Shown: piece by piece, positions 10,015 through 18,386 of the stretch
Numbering within the stretch: the first letter of the stretch is position 1
How the letters are laid out: every line of letters starts with the position of its first letter
Assembly: GCA_018697095.1 (NCBI GenBank)
Contig: JABHSG010000003.1
Location: 86,895-150,894 of the forward strand
From: an archaeon
Lineage (GTDB): Archaea; Nanobdellota; Nanobdellia; Woesearchaeales; GW2011-AR9
Direction of reading: 5' to 3'
Length of the DNA stretch: 64,000 nt
Notes under the pieces: model-generated
Databases searched by the model: none
Told to the model about the DNA's origin: nothing
The model's input: only the letters and a program-made list of their open reading frames with translations
Made by a program: the position numbers and the translations under genes

Positions 10015-12432
10015 CTATGCCTTTTTCCAAACAACATAGCACATAAGGGCCAAACTAATTAACATCATATAAGGGACCAATTTGTAAGCTCGCTGCGATG
10101 TAGATTGATAGACAACAATGCCTCCTTTTTTTTCAAAAATAGATTCATCAATATATTCAGAACCTACAAAAAATTCTTCAGAAAAATCACTTTCTTCTCC
10201 ACTTTCATTATCTTCGCCACCATTTCCGGTAGAACTAAACTCATCAAAAACATTTTCAAAAATTCCGCCCTCTACAACCAAAATTTCTGAAGTGATTTCA
10301 TCGGCAGTTTTGCGGTCATCTTTCATGATTTTAACTTTCAAATTATAATCGCCTACTGATATGTCATCATCTAATTTAATCAAATAGCTAATCTCTCCAA
10401 TAGAATTAGCTTTCAAAGAAATCTCTTGTAAATTTTCTTCTCTTTTAATTTCTCCATCAAAACAACTTTTGCAAGAAGACCCCTTATACACATAAGCCCA
10501 AGCACTGTATTCATGCGCAGATTCATCAGTTAAAAATTGCAAATCAAAACTAAATGCTTCACCTGGAGCATAAGCTAAATCTAGTCCAGACAGCTGGTAT
10601 TCTTCAGCTTCAATTTCTCCAAAGTCTCCATCATTCAAAAAGGCATAATCATCATAGTTCTCGCAAGTATCATCTGAAATCCCAAAAACTTCAAAACTAT
10701 ACTTCTCTTCAAGTCCCAATCCTTCCAAAACCAGATATAATTTTCCATCTGGATAAGCTTCGTTACAATTTGCATCTAGTTGCAAAGGAAGCGTTAGCGT
10801 GTAGTATTGGTATTCTTCATATGCGTTTAGTTTTGTTCTTTCAGAAACAACTTCGCCTTCATTGTCAACAGCATAAAGTTCGATAGCTGTTTTTGTTTCA
10901 TCTCCTTTGTAAATGTTAACTTTGACCCTAAATGCTTCGCCCCACTCATAACTGTCATCAGACCCAGCATCATAAACAGTTTCAATTTCTAAACTGTTCT
11001 CATTTAATTGATAATCTGGATTAATTGCGAAAAAAGCACTAACTTCATCGTTTTCAGAATTGATATCTGAGCACTCAACATCATCTATGGTAAAAACTGC
11101 TTCATAAATCCCTTCAGCTAAATTAGGTGAATAATCTTTTGTTCTAGAGTTACTAATTTCCTCATTTGTCCAAGGACTATATTCTTTAACAGTTTCTCCA
11201 TAATAATCCAGAATTTCTCCACTAACACTAACTTCTTCGCTGCTACCAAGTTCTCTAAAAAGTTCAACTTCAAACTCAAAGTCGTCTTCAGAAAACACAC
11301 TTCCATCCATTAAAATATCAAGTGACCAATCACACGGACCCAAGTAATAGTTTTCTTCTCCAACTGTCGGCGCAGTAGTTTGCCAATCACCATCAATTAA
11401 CGCAATACTCATCCCAGAGATAGCATCACTATAACTCATTGAGTCAAGTAACCAATCATTTTCTGTTTCCTCAAAAATACCTGCCTCACTAATTTTTTCA
11501 GCATACAAAAAAACTTCTTCAAACCCACCATTATTCAAACTAAAACTGGTCTGTCCATTTCGATAAACTACTAAATATTCACCTGGCCCAACTATTGTGT
11601 TACCTTCATTTCCAAAATCTTCATCCAAAACAGTACTGTCTGAAACATACAACTTATTCCTTGCACTATCTTCAACCCAAATCCCTTCCAAGTCAACAAG
11701 TTTATCTCCCAAGTTCACAATTTCAATCCATTCTCCAAGTGGTTTTAATGAATCGTCATCCCCTTCTGGGTCAGGCAAAATTTCATTAATCCTAAGATCA
11801 GAATAATCCAAACTTATTGCCCATCGCCCATTAACTCTTCCAGGGCTTCCAAACACTACAAGTGATTCTCTGATTTCTCCTTCCTGGGTTAATTCTAAAC
11901 TGTAATCATTCCCATCAGCACCAAGTGCATCAACATAAGTAAACTCAGATACATTATCTGTACCATTAAACAAAATAACTTGGTCTTCAGTGTTAGTTAA
12001 ACTCAAAGAAAAATCATAAGCAATAACCTTCTCACCAAGTTCTTCACGGTCTTTTTCATCCCAAAACCCATCACCATTTCCAAAAAAGATTTCAAAACTT
12101 TCATTGTCTCCGTCAGAATCCAAAAGCTCATCTGCAAAAACAACATAGGAGTCAGGAGCAATAATAATATCTTCTACGCTACCAGTGGTTTCTCTAATTT
12201 TTTTCCCATCAAGTTCAAACCCAGACAAATTAGTCTCTTCTGACCCATTATTCCAAAGTTCTACCCACTCACAATCAGAATCACTACATCTATCTGGGTT
12301 ATACATTACTTCAGTAATTACCACGTCAGCATGCACATTAAATATGAAAAATAGCGACATAAAAAACCCTCCAAAAAACACAAAACAAAATTTACAGAAA
12401 AACACTATCTCTTCATCATCAAAACTAAACAT
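10015..12432 (-). CDS. Large acidic surface protein with two lamin-tail (LTD) domains and a C-terminal TM anchor.
   Basis: N-terminal signal/TM segment. LTD signatures (VITEVMYNP...CEWVELWNNG, INEILPDPEG...GEWIEIVNLG). C-terminal hydrophobic anchor followed by KKA. Confidence 0.55.
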   Translation of the reverse strand: MFSFDDEEIVFFCKFCFVFFGGFFMSLFFIFNVHADVVITEVMYNPDRCSDSDCEWVELWNNGSEETNLSGFELDGKKIRETTGSVEDIIIAPDSYVVFADELLDSDGDNESFEIFFGNGDGFWDEKDREELGEKVIAYDFSLSLTNTEDQVILFNGTDNVSEFTYVDALGADGNDYSLELTQEGEIRESLVVFGSPGRVNGRWAISLDYSDLRINEILPDPEGDDDSLKPLGEWIEIVNLGDKLVDLEGIWVEDSARNKLYVSDSTVLDEDFGNEGNTIVGPGEYLVVYRNGQTSFSLNNGGFEEVFLYAEKISEAGIFEETENDWLLDSMSYSDAISGMSIALIDGDWQTTAPTVGEENYYLGPCDWSLDILMDGSVFSEDDFEFEVELFRELGSSEEVSVSGEILDYYGETVKEYSPWTNEEISNSRTKDYSPNLAEGIYEAVFTIDDVECSDINSENDEVSAFFAINPDYQLNENSLEIETVYDAGSDDSYEWGEAFRVKVNIYKGDETKTAIELYAVDNEGEVVSERTKLNAYEEYQYYTLTLPLQLDANCNEAYPDGKLYLVLEGLGLEEKYSFEVFGISDDTCENYDDYAFLNDGDFGEIEAEEYQLSGLDLAYAPGEAFSFDLQFLTDESAHEYSAWAYVYKGSSCKSCFDGEIKREENLQEISLKANSIGEISYLIKLDDDISVGDYNLKVKIMKDDRKTADEITSEILVVEGGIFENVFDEFSSTGNGGEDNESGEESDFSEEFFVGSEYIDESIFEKKGGIVVYQSTSQRAYKLVPYMMLISLALMCYVVWKKA

Positions 12433-12556
12433 AAATAAGAAACTAAAAACAATCTCTTTTTAGATATTTCTAAAACCAGTTTCTCAAAACAAAAATTCAA
12501 ACGACACAAAAAGCAAACAATTGTTGCAATGTAACCATTTTAAAATAGTCAACAAA

Positions 12557-12564
12557 GTTTTAAA
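12557..12564 (+). promoter_or_regulatory. TATA box (TTTTAAAT) about 30 nt upstream of the ATG at 12590.
   Basis: Position and consensus support the downstream Met (MGWLFGKK...) as the real start, with a leaderless transcript. Confidence 0.35.
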
Positions 12565-12589
12565 TACACTCTATCTTCATTTGACCACG

Positions 12590-13144
12590 ATGGGATGGTT
12601 ATTCGGTAAGAAAAAAAAGCAGCTTCCAGCCTCTGCGTTTCCAAAAGTTTCGCACGAGCAATCATTAAGTTTTAATGAAGATTCTATGCATGACAAAGTG
12701 ATCCATCCAGATCACATTAAAGCAGCAGCAGGGGTTCACGACGACCCGTTCAATTTTGATGATCACGATCATTTAGCTGCATCTGCTCCTTTAGGTGCAA
12801 GGGGACCTCCTCCTATGAGAATGCCTAGTCTTGATGAACCATCAAGCCCAGCAGCATCTTTAGCTCCAAGGCAAGTGTCCTCCTCTTCAAAAATGTCTTC
12901 TTCACCAGCAGCACCTAGTAGACACCAAGGTAGTGACCTTTACATTAAAGTACGTGACTACAAAAGAATCTTAGGGGATTTTAAAGATTTAAATTCAGAA
13001 TTAACACATCTAACTCAATTAACAAAAGACTTAGAACATTCAGAATATAACGAGGAAAAGAACTTTTTACGCATGAAAGATGCAATTAAAAAAGTTCATG
13101 ATAAATTATTAACTGCGGACAGAACACTTTTTGCGCAGTATTAG
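12590..13144 (+). CDS. Small protein with MGWLFGKKKK N-terminus, a Pro/Ser/Ala-rich disordered linker and a C-terminal coiled-coil domain; first of three tandem paralog-like genes.
   Basis: The ORF track starts at 12521; the TATA-supported start is 12590. The linker is a locally GC-rich low-complexity segment. The C-terminal YIKVRDYKRIL block resembles the next gene. Confidence 0.5.
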   Translation: MGWLFGKKKKQLPASAFPKVSHEQSLSFNEDSMHDKVIHPDHIKAAAGVHDDPFNFDDHDHLAASAPLGARGPPPMRMPSLDEPSSPAASLAPRQVSSSSKMSSSPAAPSRHQGSDLYIKVRDYKRILGDFKDLNSELTHLTQLTKDLEHSEYNEEKNFLRMKDAIKKVHDKLLTADRTLFAQY

Positions 13145-13155
13145 GTAGGTGAATA

Positions 13156-13386
13156 ATGATGGAAAAGATGCCAGTATTTGTAAAAATTAACGATTATCGT
13201 GATGTTTTAGATTTGATTGAAGTAGTTCGCAAAAAAATTGATGACTCAAAATCAACTCTACTAAAAATTCACGATCTTAAAAACGATGAAGATCAATTAG
13301 TAGAACAGTGGCAAAATGCCCTTTCAGAAATCGAGAAAAAAGTTGAGTTTATCGACCAAACTTTAAACGAACCAGAACATTACTAA
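13156..13386 (+). CDS. Small coiled-coil protein (76 aa), paralog-like to the C-terminal domain of the preceding gene.
   Basis: Shared (I/V)K(I/V)xDY(K/R)x(I/V)L motif; tight spacing on the same strand. Confidence 0.45.
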   Translation: MMEKMPVFVKINDYRDVLDLIEVVRKKIDDSKSTLLKIHDLKNDEDQLVEQWQNALSEIEKKVEFIDQTLNEPEHY

Positions 13387-13396
13387 ATTTAATACT

Positions 13397-13852
13397 ATGG
13401 CAAAAAGAAAAGCAAGTAAAAAATCAGTGAGCAGACGCGCTTCTAGTAGAGATGATAAATCTCCAGGATACATGGTTCAAATACCTGAGCCAGCACTTGT
13501 TCGCCGAGATGTATTAGAATCACTTCGTGAAGTAATTATTTTCATGCAAAGTTATGAAAAGTTTCGCCATGTTCAGGAAGAAAAAGTAAGGTTATTCTCA
13601 GAACTCAAAGTAGAGCTCAAGGTTCTCAATTCTTTATTGACCGGGAAATTAAAGTTCTATTTTCCTCAAGGGAAATTACGGGCAATCACTGGAGAAGCTG
13701 AAGACAAGTATGAAGACCATGAAGAAGCAACGTATATGAAGTCAAAATCTGCTCCTGAAGCAGGTGGCCCTTCTCCAGCGGTTCACCATGAACTTGACGA
13801 GTTAGAATCTCAGTTAAAAGATATCGAATCTCAGCTTCAAAGCATTCAATAA
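13397..13852 (+). CDS. Coiled-coil protein (151 aa) with a basic N-terminus; third gene of the tandem set.
   Basis: ORF; an RDVLESL block loosely matches the motif of the two preceding genes. Confidence 0.4.
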   Translation: MAKRKASKKSVSRRASSRDDKSPGYMVQIPEPALVRRDVLESLREVIIFMQSYEKFRHVQEEKVRLFSELKVELKVLNSLLTGKLKFYFPQGKLRAITGEAEDKYEDHEEATYMKSKSAPEAGGPSPAVHHELDELESQLKDIESQLQSIQ

Positions 13853-13859
13853 TTTATTA

Positions 13860-14159
13860 TTATTTTTCTTCAGATTTTTTTAAATCAAAACCAAAACTGC
13901 TAAAATTTTCTCCTTTAAGGCCTTTCAAAAGAGCATTTTTTATTTCTGGACTCATTTTTTCAGGCAAGATATTTACTCCAATCTCTTCTTTAGCTTCACG
14001 TACGGCAGCCATTAATGCATCTTCTCCAGGATCAATTTTTCCTCCAGGAGTACGGTATTCTCCATCAGCAAAATCCGAACCTTTTCGCCTAATTAAGAAA
14101 ACCTTATCCTCTTTCAAAAGGGCAATATCTACTGCAAGCCCATGCCTATATTTATTCAT
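13860..14159 (-). CDS. Short NUDIX hydrolase (99 aa).
   Basis: Nudix box GGKIDPGEDALMAAVREAKEEIGV (GX5EX7REUXEEXGU). Confidence 0.7.
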   Translation of the reverse strand: MNKYRHGLAVDIALLKEDKVFLIRRKGSDFADGEYRTPGGKIDPGEDALMAAVREAKEEIGVNILPEKMSPEIKNALLKGLKGENFSSFGFDLKKSEEK

Positions 14160-14182
14160 AAAAAATAGTTAAAACAGAATCT

Positions 14183-14190
14183 TTATAAAA
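14183..14190 (+). promoter_or_regulatory. TATA box (TTTATAAA) about 30 nt upstream of tRNA-Leu.
   Basis: Consensus and spacing relative to the tRNA 5' end at 14218. Confidence 0.4.
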
Positions 14191-14217
14191 ACGTATTCTA
14201 AAAAATCAACTATTCGT

Positions 14218-14304
14218 GCGGGGATGGCAGAGCGGTCAAATGCGATGGACTCAAAATCCATTCTCTTAGTGGGTACGGGGGTTCAAATCCCTCTCCCCGC
14301 ACCA
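14218..14304 (+). tRNA. tRNA-Leu (anticodon CAA) with a long variable arm; CCA is encoded.
   Basis: Cloverleaf folded by hand: acceptor GCGGGGA/TCCCCGC, anticodon loop CTCAAAA, T-arm GGGGG-TTCAAAT-CCCTC, 15-nt variable arm. Confidence 0.85.
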
Positions 14305-14336
14305 TTTCTTTTATATGATTTTTAGTAAAGCAGATT

Positions 14337-15632
14337 TCAACTTATCACTGGCTCAATTTTAGGTCCCCAGCTAGTAATTGGAATAAGTTTTGCCCCAGTA
14401 ACACTTTTCACTTTAATATAAATAAATGAAGGAAGAATAGGTTTATCAAAACGCATCTCAACGTTATTTGGAGATGAAAAATTCACTCTTTTAACATCTA
14501 CTGGGGAACCTAATCTTTCAAGCAAACGTACAAAGATTATATCATCTCGCCTAAAGGAATAGATCTCAGGTAAACGGATAAGCCCATTTTTTTGACAAAG
14601 GGCAAAAAAAGCATCAAAACCAGAGAAGTAATCTGGTATGCCCATGTACTTCAGAAAAGCTGAGTTAAATACAATATGAAGAACTACCATTTTATTTTTT
14701 TTTCTTAACATACGGCCAAACCTAAAACAAGTTTCAGCAATTTTTCTCTCGTTTTCAGTCAATTGTGCAAGATACCTGGCCCTTTCTTCTTCTTCCCAAC
14801 CAAGAACATCTCTATTAAGAATCTCATACAAAAAAGCAGGAAGGTTAGAGGCAGCTGCATCTTTTCTTATTGCATTTTCCCGAAAACCTAATGCTGGCTG
14901 AACAGAACCCATATCTAAATTAATATCAACATGCCTTTTTGGTCTATATTTTTCGTATATTTTTGACATATGTTCTATTGCCTTTTTTATTCCCCTAGGA
15001 AGTTTTTTATTATCTAACCCGTGTACTTGAATACTTGGCAAAAACAAGACGCTCGTTCCATGAAAAAACCACCCTGTTTTTCCCCTAATCTTTGTTTCCC
15101 ATAATTCACGCATCTCTCTAAGAATATTTCCCAAAAGGTTTTCGATATACAAGTCCCTCCCCATAATTTTTTTAATTCCATCAAGATCCTTTTCCATCTT
15201 TTCATATACGCCAACATATACTCTACCAATCTCTTTTTTGTCGCATTGGCCTTTAATGTAGCGCCGAGTAACTTCAATTGCTTCTTTTGCTAAAGATTTT
15301 AATGAACGAACAATTTTCACAACACGCCTAGTATCTTCGCGAATGTTACGATATACTCTTTTATCAAAAGCCCTTAATAAAGATTCAATGTCAGTTTCTT
15401 TTTTAAGATAATTATCTAATAATATCAATTCATCATGTAATCTTTGAAGAAGTCCAACAATCTGACCTTTGTTTTTGTTAAAATGATGAGAAGTAAAACC
15501 GCCCTTCACTTCCCCGTATTCAAAGGAGAGCATAATTATTTGTTCTGGCTGAAAAAACCTATGCACAGATAGTATCTTAGAATTAAAATAAACAAGAACA
15601 TCTAAAGCATGTTGGATTTCACTAATATTCAT
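14337..15632 (-). CDS. Hypothetical 431-aa protein lying next to tRNA-Leu.
   Basis: ORF with no confidently recognised domain. It has an HGTS...GL block faintly like Tpt1/KptA-type ADP-ribosyl/phosphotransferases but lacks their other motifs. Confidence 0.4.
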   Translation of the reverse strand: MNISEIQHALDVLVYFNSKILSVHRFFQPEQIIMLSFEYGEVKGGFTSHHFNKNKGQIVGLLQRLHDELILLDNYLKKETDIESLLRAFDKRVYRNIREDTRRVVKIVRSLKSLAKEAIEVTRRYIKGQCDKKEIGRVYVGVYEKMEKDLDGIKKIMGRDLYIENLLGNILREMRELWETKIRGKTGWFFHGTSVLFLPSIQVHGLDNKKLPRGIKKAIEHMSKIYEKYRPKRHVDINLDMGSVQPALGFRENAIRKDAAASNLPAFLYEILNRDVLGWEEEERARYLAQLTENERKIAETCFRFGRMLRKKNKMVVLHIVFNSAFLKYMGIPDYFSGFDAFFALCQKNGLIRLPEIYSFRRDDIIFVRLLERLGSPVDVKRVNFSSPNNVEMRFDKPILPSFIYIKVKSVTGAKLIPITSWGPKIEPVIS

Positions 15633-15803
15633 AAAATAAATACAAATGCGAAGATTATATGTTTTTCTATAACGTTGCTCTACACAGTATATCAGCCGAT
15701 ACCCAAGGCAGGCTAGCCATCGGAGGTTTTTGCGCCCTCTTCACACTTTTTTTCTGAATCAAGGTATGAACATTAATAAAGAGAGGACAAACTAATACCT
15801 AAA

Positions 15804-17159
15804 ATGACACTCGAAGTATGCACAATTGGCGGATTTTCTGAATGTGGGCGTAACTGTACCGCAATCAAAGTAGATGACGAAGTGATTGTAATCGACATGG
15901 GCCTTGAACTTGAAAGTTACATTAAACATACCCAAAATGATGTGAAAAATCCAGTTGCTAAGGAATTCGAACCACTTGTGAAAATAAATGCAATTCCAAA
16001 TATTGATCACATTAAAGACTGGCACTTCAAAATCAAAGCAATCATCCCAAGCCATGGACATTTAGATCATGTCGGAGCAATCCCTTTTATTGCCCCAATG
16101 TTTCCAAACGTCCCAATTGTTTCTACTCCTTTCACAATTGAAGTAATTAAAGAAATTTGCAAGGGAGAAAGAATGACTCTTCCAAACAAACTAATTGCTC
16201 AAAAATTAAACACAACATACAAAGTTTCTGATAAGATTCAAGTAGAGTTCATTGAAGTAACTCATTCTATTCCTCATACAGCAATGCTTAGAGTAATTAC
16301 TCCTTATGGGACAATTATTTATGCTAATGATTACAAATTAGATCACACACCAACTTTAGGGCCTCCAATCAATATGGAAAAGTTAAAACAAGTTGGCGAG
16401 GAAGGAGTTGACCTTTTAATTTGCGAATCTTTGTATGCAAGTGAGGATCGCCACACAACTAGTGAGGCGCATGCAAAACAAATGCTTGAGGATGCTCTTC
16501 TAAATAATCCAATGCCTGACTTGGAAAAAAAAGGAATTATTGTAACTACTTTTTCTAGTCAAATAGCTAGGCTTAAAACTTTAATTGAAATTGGCAAAAA
16601 AATGAATCGCCAAGTTGTTTTCATTGGAAGAAGTATGCGAAAATACTGCACAGCTGCTCAAAGAATTAGAATTGTAGATTTTCCAAAATCAATCCCTTTT
16701 CACGCCCGCAGACCAGTGGTACAAAATGCCCTTGAAAAAATTCAACGCGAAGGCCCAGAAAAGTATCTAATAGTTTGTACTGGCCATCAAGGTGAACCTA
16801 ATGCGCAGTTATCTCGTATGTCTCGTGGAGAAACAAGCCTTAACTTAAACGAAAACTGGTTAACTATTTTTAGTTGTTCAGTAATCCCAGTAGAATCAAA
16901 TATTGCGCAGCGAAAAGTTCTTGAAAAAGAATTATCATCAAAAAAGGTTCATATTCTCAAAGATTTACATTCTTCTGGCCATGCTAGTGGAAAAGATCAC
17001 GAAGAATTATTCAAACTTCTAAATCCAAAACACATTATTCCAAGCCACGCAGGCCCAGAGTTTGGAAAACAACTCATAAAGATTGCAGAAAAACTAGGCT
17101 ACAAAGAAGGCGAGACTGCGCATTTGATGGGTGATGGGAAACGTTTCACTGTTAAATAA
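15804..17159 (+). CDS. Beta-CASP metallo-beta-lactamase ribonuclease, archaeal RNase J-like.
   Basis: HGHLDHVGA (HxHxDH) motif; 451 aa typical of aRNase J; C-terminal beta-CASP His motifs. Confidence 0.65.
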   Translation: MTLEVCTIGGFSECGRNCTAIKVDDEVIVIDMGLELESYIKHTQNDVKNPVAKEFEPLVKINAIPNIDHIKDWHFKIKAIIPSHGHLDHVGAIPFIAPMFPNVPIVSTPFTIEVIKEICKGERMTLPNKLIAQKLNTTYKVSDKIQVEFIEVTHSIPHTAMLRVITPYGTIIYANDYKLDHTPTLGPPINMEKLKQVGEEGVDLLICESLYASEDRHTTSEAHAKQMLEDALLNNPMPDLEKKGIIVTTFSSQIARLKTLIEIGKKMNRQVVFIGRSMRKYCTAAQRIRIVDFPKSIPFHARRPVVQNALEKIQREGPEKYLIVCTGHQGEPNAQLSRMSRGETSLNLNENWLTIFSCSVIPVESNIAQRKVLEKELSSKKVHILKDLHSSGHASGKDHEELFKLLNPKHIIPSHAGPEFGKQLIKIAEKLGYKEGETAHLMGDGKRFTVK

Positions 17160-17241
17160 TCAATTTCTTTATTATTAGGGAAAAACAACTTAAGCTTCTA
17201 CCACAATAAAGCTTTTAAACGCTTGAATGCCTGATTTTCTC

Positions 17242-18003
17242 ATGAAATTAGTCCTAGCAGAACCAAAATATCTAAAAGACCCAATAGCGATCGCTTCCGA
17301 ACTTGTAAACGAAGTTACTTTCAAGGTAAACAGTGACGGTCTTGAGATGGTAGCAATGGACCCTGCAAATGTTGCTATGGTAGTTCTAAAAATTTTATCA
17401 TCAAGTTTTGTTGAGTTCAATGTACCAAATGGAACTGAAGAATTTTCAATATCTTTAGCTAATCTTAAACAAATCTTACGTAGAGCAAAAGGCGATGATG
17501 TATTAACTCTTGAAACAGGCGAAGAAAATCAACTTAAAGTAATTTTGAAAGGCAAGTCAGCCAGATCTTTTACAATCGCACTTCTAGAACTTGACGAACG
17601 CGAACAAAAAGTACCAGACCTTAATTTCCCTTGCAACATTACAATGCCAGCCGCGCAACTAACAGATGCAATTGAAGATGTGAGTGTTGTAGCAGAATCA
17701 GTTACTTTTCTAGGTGATAAAGAATCTCTACTTATCAAAGCTAAAGGTGACCTTTCAGGAGCACTTGTAGAAATAAAGCAAGATGAGAATACCAAGATCA
17801 CAACTACCGGAGAAGACCCAGAAAATAGCAAATTCAAAGCAAAATATTCTTTAGAGTATCTTAAAAAAATGATGGGTGGATCAAAAATTGGTAGTAACGT
17901 ATCTTTAAGTTTTAACAATGATTATCCTTTAAAACTTGAATACAAAGAAGTTGACAAGTTAGCTATGAGTTTTATTCTGGCGCCACGTGTAGATAATGAT
18001 TAA
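17242..18003 (+). CDS. pcn: DNA polymerase sliding clamp PCNA.
   Basis: About 250 aa with the typical PCNA pattern (MKLVLAEPKYLKDPIAIASELVNEVTFKV...). The track's extended start at 17227 is also possible. Confidence 0.8.
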   Translation: MKLVLAEPKYLKDPIAIASELVNEVTFKVNSDGLEMVAMDPANVAMVVLKILSSSFVEFNVPNGTEEFSISLANLKQILRRAKGDDVLTLETGEENQLKVILKGKSARSFTIALLELDEREQKVPDLNFPCNITMPAAQLTDAIEDVSVVAESVTFLGDKESLLIKAKGDLSGALVEIKQDENTKITTTGEDPENSKFKAKYSLEYLKKMMGGSKIGSNVSLSFNNDYPLKLEYKEVDKLAMSFILAPRVDND

Positions 18004-18084
18004 TTAAATTCACATTAAATAATATAAATCTAAATTTCAAAAAACATCAACACTTTTTTATACTAATTTCCTTTTTTATTTTCT

Positions 18085-18300
18085 ATGCCAATAACTTTTG
18101 AAGCGATTTTGTATTATCTCATTATTATAGATAGCTTAACTTACACTCTTCTTACATTTACTAAAGGAAAATTACACGATAAAGTAACTCATTGGCCAAT
18201 TATGAAGTCTTTACCACTCAAACCACTTTTTGCATTTCTTTATCTTGGCTTAGTTTTTTGGATAGGACTCGCCCTTTATCGCCTTGGAATAATCTTCTAA
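18085..18300 (+). CDS. Small two-TM membrane protein directly upstream of the HerA-like ATPase.
   Basis: 71-aa hydrophobic ORF. Confidence 0.35.
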   Translation: MPITFEAILYYLIIIDSLTYTLLTFTKGKLHDKVTHWPIMKSLPLKPLFAFLYLGLVFWIGLALYRLGIIF

Positions 18301-18386
18301 ACTTAGTGATAACGAGCCAACTAACCTCTATCTATTGCCTCAACTAGCATAAGCTAAATATAACCCATGGCCCAAGATACCAAATA

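Noticed and set aside
12590-13144. Assignment of the MGWLFGKKKK protein as an ESCRT-III/Snf7 homolog.
   Set aside because: Only the first ~10 residues resemble Snf7/CHMP N-termini. The following sequence is a disordered Pro/Ser-rich linker rather than the long alpha1–alpha2 hairpin of ESCRT-III. Kept only as a membrane-targeting analogy.
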